NCBI GenBank assembly: GCA_951406725.2
Contig: OX597819.1
Location: 37,076,001 to 37,140,000 of the forward strand
DNA length: 64,000 nucleotides
Source: Octopus vulgaris
Lineage: Eukaryota
Direction of reading: 5' to 3'
Below the pieces are notes generated by a model, which did no database searches, was not told where the DNA came from, and saw only the letters and a program-made list of their open reading frames with translations. This document shows, in pieces, positions 1 to 13,228 of this stretch. Each line of letters opens with the position of its first letter. The stretch's first letter is position 1. Made by a program: the position numbers and the translations under genes.

Positions 1-190
1 TGTTGTTGCTGTTGTTGTTGTTCTTCTACTTCTTCTCCTTCTTCTCCCTCTTCTTCTTCCCCTTCTTCCCCTACTTCTCCTTCTTCTTCTTCTTCTTCTT
101 CTTCCTCTCTCTTCTCCTTCTTCTTCTGTCTTCTCCTTCTTCTTCCTCTTCTTCTTCCCCTTCTTCTTCTTCTTCTACATCCCTTTTCCT
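1..190. repeat. Pyrimidine-rich (TTC/CTC) low-complexity tract
   Basis: Imperfect TTC/CTT repeats; the ORF is poly-F/S/L only. Confidence 0.9.
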
Positions 191-294
191 GTAATACTCC
201 TACAATCCACTCTACTCAACACCACTCCACACAACAACATCTCGACACTCCCTACCTCCGCCACTCAATTCTCCATCGCCCCTCCAACAACGCT

Positions 295-545
295 TCACTC
301 TACACCCTTCCAGTCTGCAGCACTCAACTCTACACTACTCAACTCTACACCACTCAATTCTACACCACTCAACTCTACACCACTCAACTCTACACCACTC
401 AACTCTACATCACTCAATTCTATATCACTTAACTTTGCAGTATTCAAATCTACACCACTCAACTCTACACTACTGAACTCTACAACACTCAGTTCTCCAC
501 CACTCAACTCTGCAACATTCACCTCTCCACGACCCCATTCTACAA
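295..545. repeat. 15-bp minisatellite (CACTCAACTCTACAC)n
   Basis: About 15 imperfect tandem units; translates as (VELSG)n on the minus strand. Confidence 0.9.
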
Positions 546-778
546 CACTCTACGCCACTGCCTTTGACATAATTCCGTTCTCAGTTCTACACTACCACTG
601 CGTATACCACTCCATTATACAACGCACTATCTCACACATGAATCACTAAAATATTTCTAGAGATATGAATATATTTTGCGAGAGACACAATATTTAGACA
701 ACATTACCGAGCAGTGAGTATTTAATAATAATAATTGCTTCTCATGCAATTAACAGTATGTATACAAATATATATTTA

Positions 779-836
<58 letters not shown>

Positions 837-1453
837 ACTTCATACATACGTACGTATGTATGTATGCATGTATGTATGTGGTGGGGTGTATGTATATAAT
901 ATTAGTTTTGCCAAAAATGGCTTCTTCAAACTGTGATGTTTTTAATTATAAATATGATCGACAAGAAGGAGTAAACTGGAAAAATGCTGCCTGTGTATAC
1001 TGCTAATGTGATTATTAAATTAGCTAAGGAAATGAGTTATAAGGAAAGATAAATGGTAGGTCATAGCTGGATGCTTTCCATTTAGAACCCCCACCCAATC
1101 AAAACTTTTTTCTGCCACAGTCTACATCACACTTATACATCACAGTAGTGATTTATAAGAGAAATATATATTTAGACACATCGAGTAATCTTTCGACAGA
1201 AGTTGAAATATTGTCATTCATGTTAACTATGTTTGCATATCTCTCCGTATTTACATCTTAACAACACTGATACAAATAAATTAACGATTCATCGTCAACT
1301 CTCCCTTTTCTTACCTTATTAATTTTATCCATTATATTATAATAATCCATAACACATCATGGAGATTTTCTGCTAATGTGATGGAGATTAAACCAGTGAA
1401 ATTTTGGATTTATCAATCCCTAATGAGTATATGACACTCTTGAATTGACTGCG

Positions 1454-1502
<49 letters not shown>

Positions 1503-1897
1503 ATTCTTTTATATTTCTTTTTACTTGTTTCAGTCATTTGACTGCATCCATGGTGGAAAACATGTATGTATATACACATATATATTCGTATATACATATG
1601 TGTGTGTGTGTGGTGTGTGTGTACACATGCATACCTGCACTCGGTCAGCCTAACGAGTTACACCCATCACAAAACTATATCGATGGTTATCTCAAAAATC
1701 CAGAAGATGCCGTCACACTTCAAAATGAGCTAAACTTCATTCATTAATGGGAAGATTAAAAAGAAAATCTGAAATCCAATGCGTCAAAGTTTCGGATCCT
1801 TCCGATGGAAAGTTGTCAGGCTGAAACTCTGATGTCAATGTCACCCCTTTGCTTGTAAAAGTTTAATAAACAAGTGCGCTTTTACATTGGTACACTA

Positions 1898-2243
1898 ATG
1901 AAGGAAGGAGGAGACCCCCTTCGGTCATGAATGACCATGGGACTGCAACTAGAAAGTTACCCTCCGAGGCACAAGTCAGGGCAAGATTGTTTGTGGAAGG
2001 CTAGCAGTTACCCATGCATACCAGCCTCCCTTCACAACACTGATGTTATCCAAGGGAAAAGCAAAGCGCGATACAGCTTGGCACCAGTGACATCGCAACT
2101 CATTTCTGCAGCTGAGTTAACTGGAGCAACGTAAAATAAAGTGTTTTGCTCAAGAACACAACACACAGCCCAGTCCGGGAATCGAGCTCACAATCTCACG
2201 GCCGTAAGCTCCACGCTCTAACCACTGAGCCATGCGCCTTCAC
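1898..2243 (-). mobile_element. tRNA-derived SINE (family D)
   Basis: Minus strand begins GTGAAGGCGCATGGCTCAGTGGTTAGAGC (A box) ... GAGCTCGATTCCC (B box); flanked by direct repeat TGGTACACTA (1888-1897 / 2246-2255). Confidence 0.85.
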
Positions 2244-2325
2244 ACTGGTACACTACTACAAAAATAATTGACTAATTCTTCAGTTTATTGTTAATTTTGA
2301 CATACAACTTGACATGAAAACGAAT

Positions 2326-2339
<14 letters not shown>

Positions 2340-2356
<17 letters not shown>

Positions 2357-2724
2357 AACGGCAGTTTGTCTGTGCGTTTTCTGTGTGTCTGTTTTCTCGT
2401 ACCCTCACTCTGACCACGGCTTTCAACCGATTCTGATGAAACTTGACACACACATAGCCCAATGTCATAATTCAAAACTAACGCAGCGAAAAGTTTGAAA
2501 AGTTCCCCCAGTTCTGAAAAAAATCGATAAATTCGACATGGGGTCGAGAATCAGAAACCCAAACCACAGACCGTCTAGGGGACGCAACTCCACCTTTTTA
2601 ACTCTCAAAAAAATTTACCATCATTTTTTTTTCCATTTTTTTGCTATTTTTTGGCTATAACTCTCTAAAAATGCTTTATAGTTATTTCCCTTACAAACCT
2701 GAGCAACGCCGGGCGATACTGCTA

Positions 2725-2725
<1 letters not shown>
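2340..2725 (+). mobile_element. Non-autonomous Helitron-like element in (TA)n
   Basis: 3' end CCTGAGCAACGCCGGG hairpin followed by CTAG|T; internal CCGATTCTGATGAAACTTG motif typical of short animal Helitrons; no TSD. Confidence 0.65.
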
Positions 2726-2796
<71 letters not shown>

Positions 2797-2826
2797 CAAA
2801 ATAAGCAACAAGGATATCCGGAGGTA

Positions 2827-2886
2827 ATGCAGTACGATCTTTTCATGCGACTCCATTTAATTGAACAATGCAATCTTCAGCTGCAT
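2827..2886 (-). ncRNA. Type I hammerhead ribozyme motif
   Basis: ATGCAG-CTGAAGA-TTGC...GCAT-GAAA-AGATCG-TA-CTGCAT; perfect 6-bp stem I; stem III has an A.G mismatch. Confidence 0.65.
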
Positions 2887-4071
2887 AAAATTATTAATTA
2901 TAAATGATCATATAAGGGTTATTAATAGCATTTTCTTAAATCTATAATAGAACCCAAAATTCTATATAAGTTTTTATTAATAATATAACTTTTGCCCAAT
3001 AACTTGATCATTTCTTTACCCGATATTAAACACTAGTCATTTATGGTAATTCCCATAAGTAAATATACATTTTAGTCTAAAAATTATAAAATTATAAGAA
3101 AATTTCTTATAACAACTTACCTCACCTATTAATATAAATAAGCTAGGTATATTTTATAATAAGTTTTTAGAACACAAATCTATTCTACCCCCTATTCATA
3201 ATATTCTACAGGAATTTATATTTATTTTTCATTATACTCATTTACATTTCTTTATTTTAATTTTAAACCATTTTTTCTTACTTATTTACTCGCAATATCA
3301 TTTTATTTATATTTCTGTAAATTTCATACTCAACAAATACAGAAACATACTGATATATTTCACTATTTATTTTATAATACAAGAAATTTGTTCTAGGATT
3401 ATTAGCATATAGAAAATATATAAATTTTTAACATATTCCTTTAATTTAACCTATTAATACCAAAAATTACTATTTTCTAATTAACTATAAATATATCTTA
3501 GGTTGGTATAGAAATTTATATAAATATGGAATTATTTCTATATTCTCCATCCCTATATTGTGTGAAATACTGAAATTACTTTGATTTTTTGTGAAAAAAC
3601 TCTCTAAAATGTACCTATATATTTCAAACTATCACTGATGTTATGGTTGTCAAATAGCTAAGTATTATAAGTTTTATTCTCCCTACCCAATCAGCTTTAG
3701 CATGAAAATTTGGCTGAAATATATTCTTACTGAACCCGAATGTTTTCTACTTCAAAGAGATCTTGATTTGTGACTTTGCCACTTAAACTGTGTTTTTACT
3801 CTATCCATAAAAGATAGATTCTAGTTTCCATTAGACTTGATAAACTAGTCTATAAATTAATAAATTAGAACTACTCCACCGCCGTAGTAAATCTAAATAG
3901 CAAATTGAAATCAATGATAAGCAGTGTCTTCCTGTGAAAAAATATCAGTTACAACTATGATGTTGTTGATGAAACATGTCTTTTGTCTATCTACCTATCC
4001 TCTTTGTGATTTTGGTTAATAGAATAACTATACAAATGAATCCTTTGAATATAACTAAATTCTATATTTTT

Positions 4072-4161
4072 ATGCAGCTGAAGATTGCTCTACATTTTAA
4101 AACTGATGTAATATTTGCATTGTTCAAATAAATGGAGTCGCATGAAACAATCGTACGACAT
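4072..4161 (+). ncRNA. Type I hammerhead ribozyme motif (stem I partly decayed)
   Basis: ATGCAG-CTGAAGA-TTGC...GCAT-GAAA-CAATCG-TA-CGACAT. Confidence 0.55.
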
Positions 4162-4277
4162 TACCTCAGGATATACTTGTTGCATATTTTGATTGTAATC
4201 ACCCCGTTTTGAATTATATGGATAATACCATACTAAGTTCTGGTGCCTTTAACTTAAGTACCATATTCAACTGAATC

Positions 4278-4330
<53 letters not shown>

Positions 4331-4905
4331 TTTTTGACGAAAATTTATATTTACTTATGGGAATTACCATAATACTGGAGTTGAGAATATAGATCTACCC
4401 CCTCAAAACTGTTGATTTTTAATCATATCAGAAACTATTAGCGTTATTGTTGTTGTTATTGTTGTTGAATTACTCATGCAAAAATATCTCACTTAAGCAA
4501 GTGGCCACAGATATGAGAGAGGGAAAGAAATGTAGTCGTTGAAATTACTTCCAATACTTGAATGGCCCTTTGTTTTAGTGCTACCATCAGAATGAAAGGT
4601 AAAGCCGACGACTTTGTGATTTGAACTCAGAACGTAAAGACACATCATAATAAAAAATTTTTCTAAAAAAATGTAAATTAGACTGCAAAATGAGAAATTA
4701 ATTTTCTATCGTTTTTTTTTTTAAACTCACTGATTCCTTAGGCTATCAGGGACAGGTGGGTCAAGCTGTGTTTCAGCGTGAATCTGTTATATCGATTGTG
4801 TCGCCATTTCTGATAACGATGTATTTTATTTTGTTTTGTTTTTATGAACTAAATTCTAAACAAGAAAATATCTGACAAACTACACGACACCCGAAATTGT
4901 ATGGC

Positions 4906-5328
4906 GGATCTTTTCGGTTTGAACGGCAGTTTTTTCTAGCGGTGTCATATGAAATTGTCACCCATAATTATGACCCTAGTATCGATCTATTGCATTTCAA
5001 TCTGTTTTAGGGTTAGGGTTAGTTAGGGTTAGGGTTAGGGGTGGTATCTTTTTTTCTTCAGAAATGTAAATAAACCCAATCTGTTTCTTAAACGAGGAAC
5101 ATATTCATACGGCACAGAATGTTGTTTACCTCAACGGACGTCACTGATTGGTTGAAATTGAAGAAATTGAAGGAAAAAAAACAAATATCTTACAAACTAT
5201 AGAATTTTCTCAATAAAGCCAAGAGAAAAAGATGTTTTATAAACACATTCTACCAGTATACGAAGTTTAAAAATGTTTAGTTACGTGGAAATTATTTTTA
5301 AAAACTGCCGTTCAAACCGAAAAGATCC
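4906..5328. mobile_element. MITE with 29-bp TIR and internal (TTAGGG)n, copy 1
   Basis: TIR GGATCTTTTCGGTTTGAACGGCAGTTTTT at both ends; 8-bp TSD TGTATGGC/GGTATGGC; TTAGGG repeats at ~5007-5040. Confidence 0.9.
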
Positions 5329-6645
5329 GGTATGGCTTATAAATCATATATCTTCTCTTAACTCTGAATTTGAACTTTTCTACTTATCATTTCGTCCATG
5401 TTTTCAAGATTAACTGCTATTTGATACTCCAAATTTCAGTTACTTATGACTTCTTGCTAGCATCATGATAAATCTAAGTCAATCTCTGAGATTTCTGTAG
5501 CAGAAAGAAAACTGACGTTAAATTGATTGGGCAGGAATTAAATACTAAACTAATAGCTACAATACTGTCATTTATAAGCAGAATGTTACGTGACAGAATT
5601 TAAAAGTCCATTTAAAAAATTTGAAATCAACGGGCAAACTGATTAATTTCTGTTGGACGAAGGCCGCTCACATCATCTCCATAATCGGACAGGTATAAGA
5701 ATATATAAAAAAATAAATTAATATTTTACAATTTAAATAAAATTTCCAAGAAATTACTTTCTAGCTATTATGTTTGATTTTCATTAACTGTTATCTGAAA
5801 GCGATATCTGTTTGCCCACTTAGAGAAAGTGGTGTTGACTGATTCTACAGCGATTTTAAATTAACTCTTTAAGTTGATTCATATATGGAGAAAATTGGAA
5901 TTATCGATTAATCACCACTCAGATAATTCTAATGACATAATTCCAAGATTTCATTAATTCGAATAAAACGAATAGATTTTGCTTAATTTATTTCTTAATT
6001 TCAAATCTTTACAAATGTGCTACTATTGTTTGTTTTTTTTTCTTTTAATATTTGTTGTATTTCTTTCTAAATTTATTTCATTTTCATTTATTTCACTTAT
6101 TTCATTCTCGCTACTGTTCACGAGAAGATAACATATCCAGTAACAATAATTTTTTCCATTCATTTTTTTTATCACCAAATCTTTGTCTAATGGAAGAAAG
6201 ATTAGATTATCAGTAACCAAATTCCTCGTCCATAATGCAATAGTACAGTTTAGAGACAAACGATTCGCACTGTATTCTAATCACTTTATGATATTTCGAA
6301 TTGTTCATTTCTTAGCAAGCAACATAACATATGGCCTAAAATATTTGCTCATGAAGATTGAAGATGAATAAAATTCCAAGCTTAAGTAAATTTCGTTCAT
6401 TTTACAAGCCCGTACAACAAAAATATGTTTCCCCCTTTTTTTAAAATTTCTTTTCGTAAATTCTTTTCGAAATAGCTCAGTGTTTACCATTTCAAACTTT
6501 ATGAATATCATCTCTTATCAAAATACCTTGTCTTGGAAAGATGCTACTTTTAATGCAACTGCCTCATTCTGTTATGAAAGCTATACAATAAATATATGGT
6601 TTACATTGGTAGAATAAGGCAGATATAATGAGTCATGCTTTCATT

Positions 6646-6689
<44 letters not shown>

Positions 6690-6787
6690 CATGAGTGTGC
6701 GCGCGCGAGTGTGGGTGCATATATATATTTATACATATACCTAAATGCAAGTATAGGTTACTGTATATACTTATATTTATATACATA

Positions 6788-7678
6788 CGTAGTCTGATCA
6801 ATAAGTATCCGGACTGTTGCCATGGTAAGGAAGCTAAAGCGCACAAAGTGAAGCTGCTTGGCACAGATTGGCCTTGAAGTCTGCTGTGCAGGTGCACTAA
6901 GATTTATTGTTCTAACTCACTTCCGCTGTTTACAGCAGTGCTTGGAAGGAAGGTGTGTTGCGTTTGATCGTCGCATTGTCCATGACAGAGAAGGTTGAGC
7001 AGAGAATCTGCATCAAATTTTGCCAAAAGCTTGGTGATACCTGCTCAGAGGCCGACGCAAGGTTTTCAAACAGTGTTCATCGTTCTCAACACTATCAAGA
7101 AGATCTTGAGCAACTGACACCCCAGTGTCATTTTGGTAAGCTGAAAGCGGTTTTGGCACAAACTTGGCAGACACTCGTCTCATCCCCAAATCTTCAATGA
7201 TAATGGACTGAACCGAAACATATCTAATCTCCACATCTTCTGATAACTCACAAATAGTGATTCGACGATTTCATCTCACTGCTGCATGCATATCTGCGAT
7301 GTTTTACTCAGTTCTGCTTGTTGTGGGTCTCTCTGAACGTTCATCAATACCGACATTTTTTCGGCCATCTTGGAAATGTCTGGACCACTCATGCACTTAA
7401 CTGAGGTTCATACACTCCTCTCCATACACTTTCTGTAATTTTGCATAGACCTCTGAGAAGGTATCGCCATAACAACTTTCTCTGTCATGGTCAATGCGAT
7501 CAAGCGCTACACACATTCCTTCCAAGCACTGCTGTAAACAGCGGAAGTGAGTTAGAACAATAAAACTTAGTGCGCATGCACAGCAGAGTGTAATGTCAAT
7601 CTATGTCAAGCAGCTTCACTCTGCGTGTCTTAGCTTCGTTATATGGCTACAGTCTGGATTCTTATTGATCAGACCTCG
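6788..7678. mobile_element. Mariner-derived foldback element (two 5' ends in inverted orientation)
   Basis: TA TSDs; TIR CG(T/A)(A/G)GTCTGATCAATAAG; ~250-bp inverted arms; transposase N-terminus MTEKVEQRICIKFCQKLG on + and LGMRRVSAKFVP on -. Confidence 0.85.
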
Positions 7679-7784
7679 TATACACACATACACATGTATG
7701 TGTGTGCGTGTGTGTGTGCCGGCATGTATGTATGCATTACATATAAATAAATATATATATATATATGTCTGCATGTATTTATGC

Positions 7785-8215
<431 letters not shown>

Positions 8216-8364
8216 TGTGAGTTTATCCGTATTGAAGAAAGTTTGATTCCTGGAGATCCGATGAGAGGTATATATGATAGACTCCCCCGTCGAAGACGAC
8301 GTATGAGCGTTCAGCTTTTGCCGAACGATCCGCACAAGCGATTTCTTTGTAGTGACCACACTAG

Positions 8365-8434
<70 letters not shown>

Positions 8435-8589
8435 TTATCGTCCCAGATATGGTCATATGGTTAAAAAGTTCGCTTGCTTTCTAACATCTAATCTAACACC
8501 TTGGCTATGTTTCTCTTTACAATGGCTTAAGGTCTACCCAAACTTCATAGATAAACGGAAACTGCGAACGGAAGCTGTGACCATGAACG

Positions 8590-9404
8590 TTGAGTAATGA
8601 TCGACAGCTGAAATAGGGTTACCCGACGGGATATATAACTCGAATATCAAGGAGTTTGTCCAGGTCGAGACGCTGTTTTTCCGCATTGAGAGGTTATAGT
8701 TTCATTACTAGTAGTCTGGAATCTTTTCGGTTTGAACGGCAGGTTTTTCTAGCGGTGTCATATGAAATTGTCTCCCATAATTATGACCCTAGAATCGATC
8801 TATTGCATTTCAATCTGTTTTAGGGTTAGGGTTAGTTAAGGTTAGGGTTAGGGTTAGGGGTGGGGGGAGGGTATCTTTTTTTCTTCACAAATGTAAATAA
8901 ACCCAATCTGTTTCTTAAACGAGGGACATATTCATACGACACAGAATGTTTTTTACCTCAATAGACGTATTTGATTGGTTGAAATTGCAGAAATTGAAGA
9001 AAAAAACAAATATCTTACAAACTATAGAATTTTCTCAATAAAGCCAAGAGAAAAAGATGTTTTATAAACACATTCTTCCAGTATACGAAGTTTAAAACTT
9101 TTTAGTTACCTAGAAATTACGTTAAAAACTGCCGTTCAAACCGAAAAGATCCGTAGTCTGTTGCAGGAAAGACTAGCAAGATAGATTCTTCAAGTCAAAC
9201 CACCCGGCAGGAGAACAAAGGGTAGACCAAGAGTGAGATGGCTGGATAAAATCCATAATCTTAGTCGGTCACTTTTGGAAACTCCAACGGTTGCTGGTGA
9301 TAGTGGCCTGTAGAAGAAGTGCCTAACGACTCTACTCGCGTGTCCCTCTCAGGAATAGTGAGCGGCTAAAATGGATGAAGGGATGCATGGATGGATGGAT
9401 GGAT
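8590..9404 (+). mobile_element. Decayed RTE-clade LINE 3' end with (GGAT)n tail, interrupted by MITE copy 2
   Basis: Translates ILQVKPPGRRTKGRPRVRWLDKI (RTE C-terminal GxRxxGRPxxRW motif); tail GGATGGATGG at ~9390. Confidence 0.65.
8719..9152. mobile_element. MITE with TIR and internal (TTAGGG)n, copy 2
   Basis: Same TIR as 4906-5328; perfect 8-bp TSD GTAGTCTG (8711-8718 / 9153-9160). Confidence 0.9.
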
Positions 9405-9599
9405 ACTAGTAAGACACAGCATTACATGGAGTGTGAATCAAGATTACGGTAAGGGTGTAAGTGGTTGTTCAGTTATTTACAATAGGATTCAATGAATAGG
9501 CAGTTCAATTTCAAATTCTAACAACCGGCATCTTCATTGTCGAAACAGATGAAGATCCATTTACTCTTACTATACCATTTACAATTAATATAGACAGGC

Positions 9600-9734
<135 letters not shown>

Positions 9735-10316
9735 CATTCTAAAGATAGATATACATACTAAAGTGACTTCTATAAGTGATAAATGTATTTACAAGTAAGG
9801 ATAAAGAACTAAATCGATAAAAGTCAATAATTTAAATCTTGATTTCTCAATGGAGAATTATGTGATATGATTAGCTGGTTAAAGAATTCTTTCATAAAAA
9901 TAAATATATAAATATATATATAAATTTGTTTATCTCGTGATCTTGTTTAAGGAAGTACTGGAATTTATTTTTAAATTGGCTTCTTTGAAATTTGACAGTA
10001 AGTAAATGAGTAGTCTTCGTATATGTATGTAAGTATACATATATGTGTGTGTATGTGCGTGTGCGTGTGTGTGTGTATGTAGATGCATATATATACATAT
10101 ACATACATAGTACATACATATATATACACAAATATATGTATAAATGTATATGTGTGTGTGCGTTTGTGTATGTGTATGTAGCATAATTTGGTTTTGACAG
10201 CTCATCATTAATTAAATAATATCTATTTTGTACACGAGAAGGCGTAAATTAACATACATATATACATACATACATACACACATGCATACACACAGCCACG
10301 CCTGCGTCAATAGATG

Positions 10317-10410
<94 letters not shown>

Positions 10411-10553
10411 CGCTGGCGCGGATGTGCGTGAGTATGTATATATGTATGCTTATTTACGCCTTGTTTATAAAATAGATATTGTTTGATTAATGATGCGCTA
10501 TCAAAACAAAATATATAAAAATACATACCTAAATATACATATAGATATATACG

Positions 10554-10610
<57 letters not shown>

Positions 10611-10611
10611 G

Positions 10612-10642
<31 letters not shown>

Positions 10643-10649
10643 ATTGAGA

Positions 10650-11028
10650 TCGATCGATCTCAATACTTACCTTTTAAGCACAGTACTTATTCTATCGGTC
10701 TCTAAACAAACCAACACCCATTTTCAAACGGAGATGAGAGACAAGCTGAAACTCACAAACGCACACACACACACACACACATACACACACACATAGATAC
10801 ACATGCACATAGATACACATGTACGCGCACACACACACGCTCACGCACACACACGCACGTACATACATAAATACATACATACATACATACATACATACAT
10901 ACATACATACATACATACATACATACATACATACATACATACGAAGGACGTCTTTTAGGTTCCGTCTGACAATCCAATCACTTTGATCGACACGCGGCTA
11001 TACTAGAAAACTCTAGCCAAAAGTGCCG
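10650..11028 (-). mobile_element. Decayed microsatellite-containing SINE (family B)
   Basis: AGTACTTATTCTATCGGTCTC 3' motif, (CA)n/(TACA)n centre and TTCCGTCTG core remnants, collinear with 15903-16322. Confidence 0.55.
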
Positions 11029-11058
11029 TATATATGTATTATGTACACATAAATATCA

Positions 11059-11136
11059 GGCCACTTTCGAGTGCTACTGGTAGCATGTAGTCCAGTACAA
11101 CTTCTTGCATGGTCGGGTCGTCGGCGACTAAACCGG
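11059..11136 (+). ncRNA. Putative HDV-like self-cleaving ribozyme
   Basis: P1 GGCCA/TGGTC, then GG, P4 GTCG-TCGG-CGAC, J4/2 CTAA, P2 CCAGT/ACCGG (one mismatch); P3/L3 imperfect. Confidence 0.45.
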
Positions 11137-11602
11137 CAACCCCACCAAGCTTACTTGGTGAGGAGGGTGTTTACTGGACACCCTGCGGGATGAAAAACAA
11201 AGCCCGTCAAAGGACGGAGGAAATCTTGAGAGTCAACGGCCATCCAATGTCTTAAGGCTGTATCATGCGCGGGGACATAGAAATAATCGGACTGAATACC
11301 CGATCGCGCGGTTAAACCATTGGGAGTGAAGAACTCCTGGCCTTTGTTAGGGCATCCTTCTATGAGAAGGTAACTCAGATAACTGGGATAACACCGGCAT
11401 AAATCTGCGGCTCAGTGGTTACCGATGATGTTGACTTGTTCTCCTTTTCGGATTATGGCTGTTATTGCTTAGTGAGTGGGATTGACTCAGTGCACAGCCT
11501 TTCTTCACTTTAAAAAAAATCTTCTTGTACAGGCATTGCACGATAACAACATTGATTAAGCTTCGTGCAATGGCCATACTCGATAACGAGGGAGCAGCCA
11601 CC
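11059..11602 (+). mobile_element. Short non-autonomous RTE-derived retroelement
   Basis: Direct repeat ATGTACACATA at 11041-11051 and 11603-11613; RTE 5'UTR-like motif GGGCATCCTTCTATGAGAAGGTAACTC; no tRNA head, no ORF. Confidence 0.65.
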
Positions 11603-11732
11603 ATGTACACATATAAGTTTATACATGTGCGTGTATGTGTGTATATACAGAATGTCCCTCCGAAAAATATACCCATTGTAACACCTGATAGCTCAATTTT
11701 GATTTTTCTTTAGACTTCACTGATTACAAATA

Positions 11733-11838
11733 ATCCTCTCTACTATACGCACAGGGCCTGAATTTTTTGTGATAGGGAGTGGAGGAGTAGGGGATAGTCA
11801 ATTACATCGGCTTCAGTAGTCATCCTGTACTTATTTTA

Positions 11839-11871
<33 letters not shown>

Positions 11872-11922
11872 CTTCTTCTTCTTCTTCTTCTTCTTCTTCT
11901 TCTTCTTCTTCTTCTTCTTCTT

Positions 11923-11954
<32 letters not shown>

Positions 11955-12720
11955 AGCATTCACCCGGGATGGGTTGAGCTGGCTTCATTCATCCTCAATG
12001 CTGCATCTCTCACAAACGCCGACCAGATCTGGCGATTTGAGGCTAACGACCGCGTGATCTCCAACCACTCCTTATTCCAGCAGCGAACGCCGTAGATATG
12101 GGGGCCTAGGTTGGGTTCCAGATCAGCCTTGACTGTCATCAGCCAGGTTTTTCGTTGTTCACCACATCGCTTTCGCCAACCCTGAAGGGGAGCTGGGGCA
12201 ATTGCTTCGTAGATGAATTCTCCTGGTTGACGACTGAGGGCATGACCCAGCCAACGCAGACGTCTCGTTAGGATGACTTGTCGGAGAGAGGTGATTCTGC
12301 ACTGGTGTCGCATCGAATTGTTGGAGACAAAGTAATGCCATCGGACACGAAGGATGCGGCGTAGACAGAGGTGATCGAAGGATTCTAGTCGCTTAATATC
12401 TTCCACCCTCATTGGCCATGACTCGCTGCCGTAAAGGAGAATCGTTCGCACCAGTGCTTGGTAGATCCGTACTTTGGTGGTGCGTCGGATCTCAGATCTT
12501 GACCAGAGTCGTGCAATGAGTCGGTTGAAGGCTTGGCGAGCGAGGTCGATTCGTGTTTTAATGTCAGCCTCACCTTGACCTGTAGCTGTAATGATGGCGC
12601 CAAGGTATTTTATTATTTCGGAAAGGATGAATGTCAAAGTGACCTCGCCCGGCGGCATTTGAGCTCAGAATGTAAAACCGAAAGAAATGTCACCAGGCAG
12701 TTTGTCCGGTGCAGTAATGA
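11733..12720 (-). mobile_element. SINE family A split by an RTE insertion
   Basis: Halves 11733-11841 and 12606-12720 rejoin into GTACTTATTTTATT...GAAAGGATGAA...GGCGGCATTTGAGCTCAGAA. Confidence 0.7.
11842..12605 (-). mobile_element. 5'-truncated RTE-clade LINE with (AAG)n tail
   Basis: Open frame KYLG...IKTRIDLARQAF...TKVRIYQALVRTILLYGSESW...RRLRWLGH (RT thumb/C-terminus); (TTC)n at 11842-11952; TSD TATTTTATTA (11832-11841 / 12606-12615). Confidence 0.92.
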
Positions 12721-13228
12721 GTCATTACAAATAATGAAGGTAAGAGACTGAACTTCGAACAAAGGAAATTTATGCTAAAAGGCTGCTACAATTTTGAAAC
12801 CACAGTCGAAGCAGAAAGACAGCTGAAGAGAGGGCTTGAAAGAGGTCCACCGATGGTCCACCGACGGTCGCTCGAAATAAAGATAAGTTTGATGCTGATG
12901 GAACAGTTCAGCATACTTAGACATTTTTTTAAGAAGTGACACTTAAAAAAGATGACTTTTACGAAATAAAACCGGCACAAATCAATTAATTAACAGCCAG
13001 TGAACAACATGCGTTCAAATACAGAGCAAAATATTTCTTGGTGTTTTCCATTCCATTGCCTCGTCTTATCAGCAGTACCCGAACCAGAACGGCGTTCATT
13101 AAAAATGTAAAGTATGTCTGTAGACTCTATCAAATTTTAAAAACGAAATGTTTTAATAAACACTCACTTTATAATCAATCAATAAGTGTTTAAATTTTGG
13201 TGGACGCCATGTATATGTATATATACAC

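Larger units (their letters stand above)
2794..4278. mobile_element. AT-rich PLE-derived element with inverted terminal segments, bounded by (TA)n
   Basis: 2794-2890 is the reverse complement of ~4068-4194; each arm carries a hammerhead motif; a related copy lies at 59635-59860. Confidence 0.6.

Noticed and set aside
295-522. (VELSG)n ORF resembling a pentapeptide-repeat protein
   Set aside because: Simple 15-bp minisatellite without a proper start, splice context or unique flanking coding sequence
2160-2243. tRNA-like sequences (also 29850-29925, 61850-61921, 63243-63330)
   Set aside because: They are SINE heads with bodies and TSDs; no complete cloverleaf
2433-2445. CTGATGAAAC in the Helitron (also CTGATGA at 17182 and 37272, CTGAAGA at 12822)
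   Set aside because: No stem II/GAAA/stem I arrangement; chance core matches
3901-3985. Possible further U3-A8 hammerhead (CAAA-TTGAA-ATCAA...TTGAT-GAAA-CATG-TC-TTTTG)
   Set aside because: Core is two bases short in very AT-rich sequence; cannot be separated from chance
5007-5040. TTAGGG repeats as telomere or fusion relic
   Set aside because: Short tract internal to a TIR/TSD-bounded MITE present in two copies
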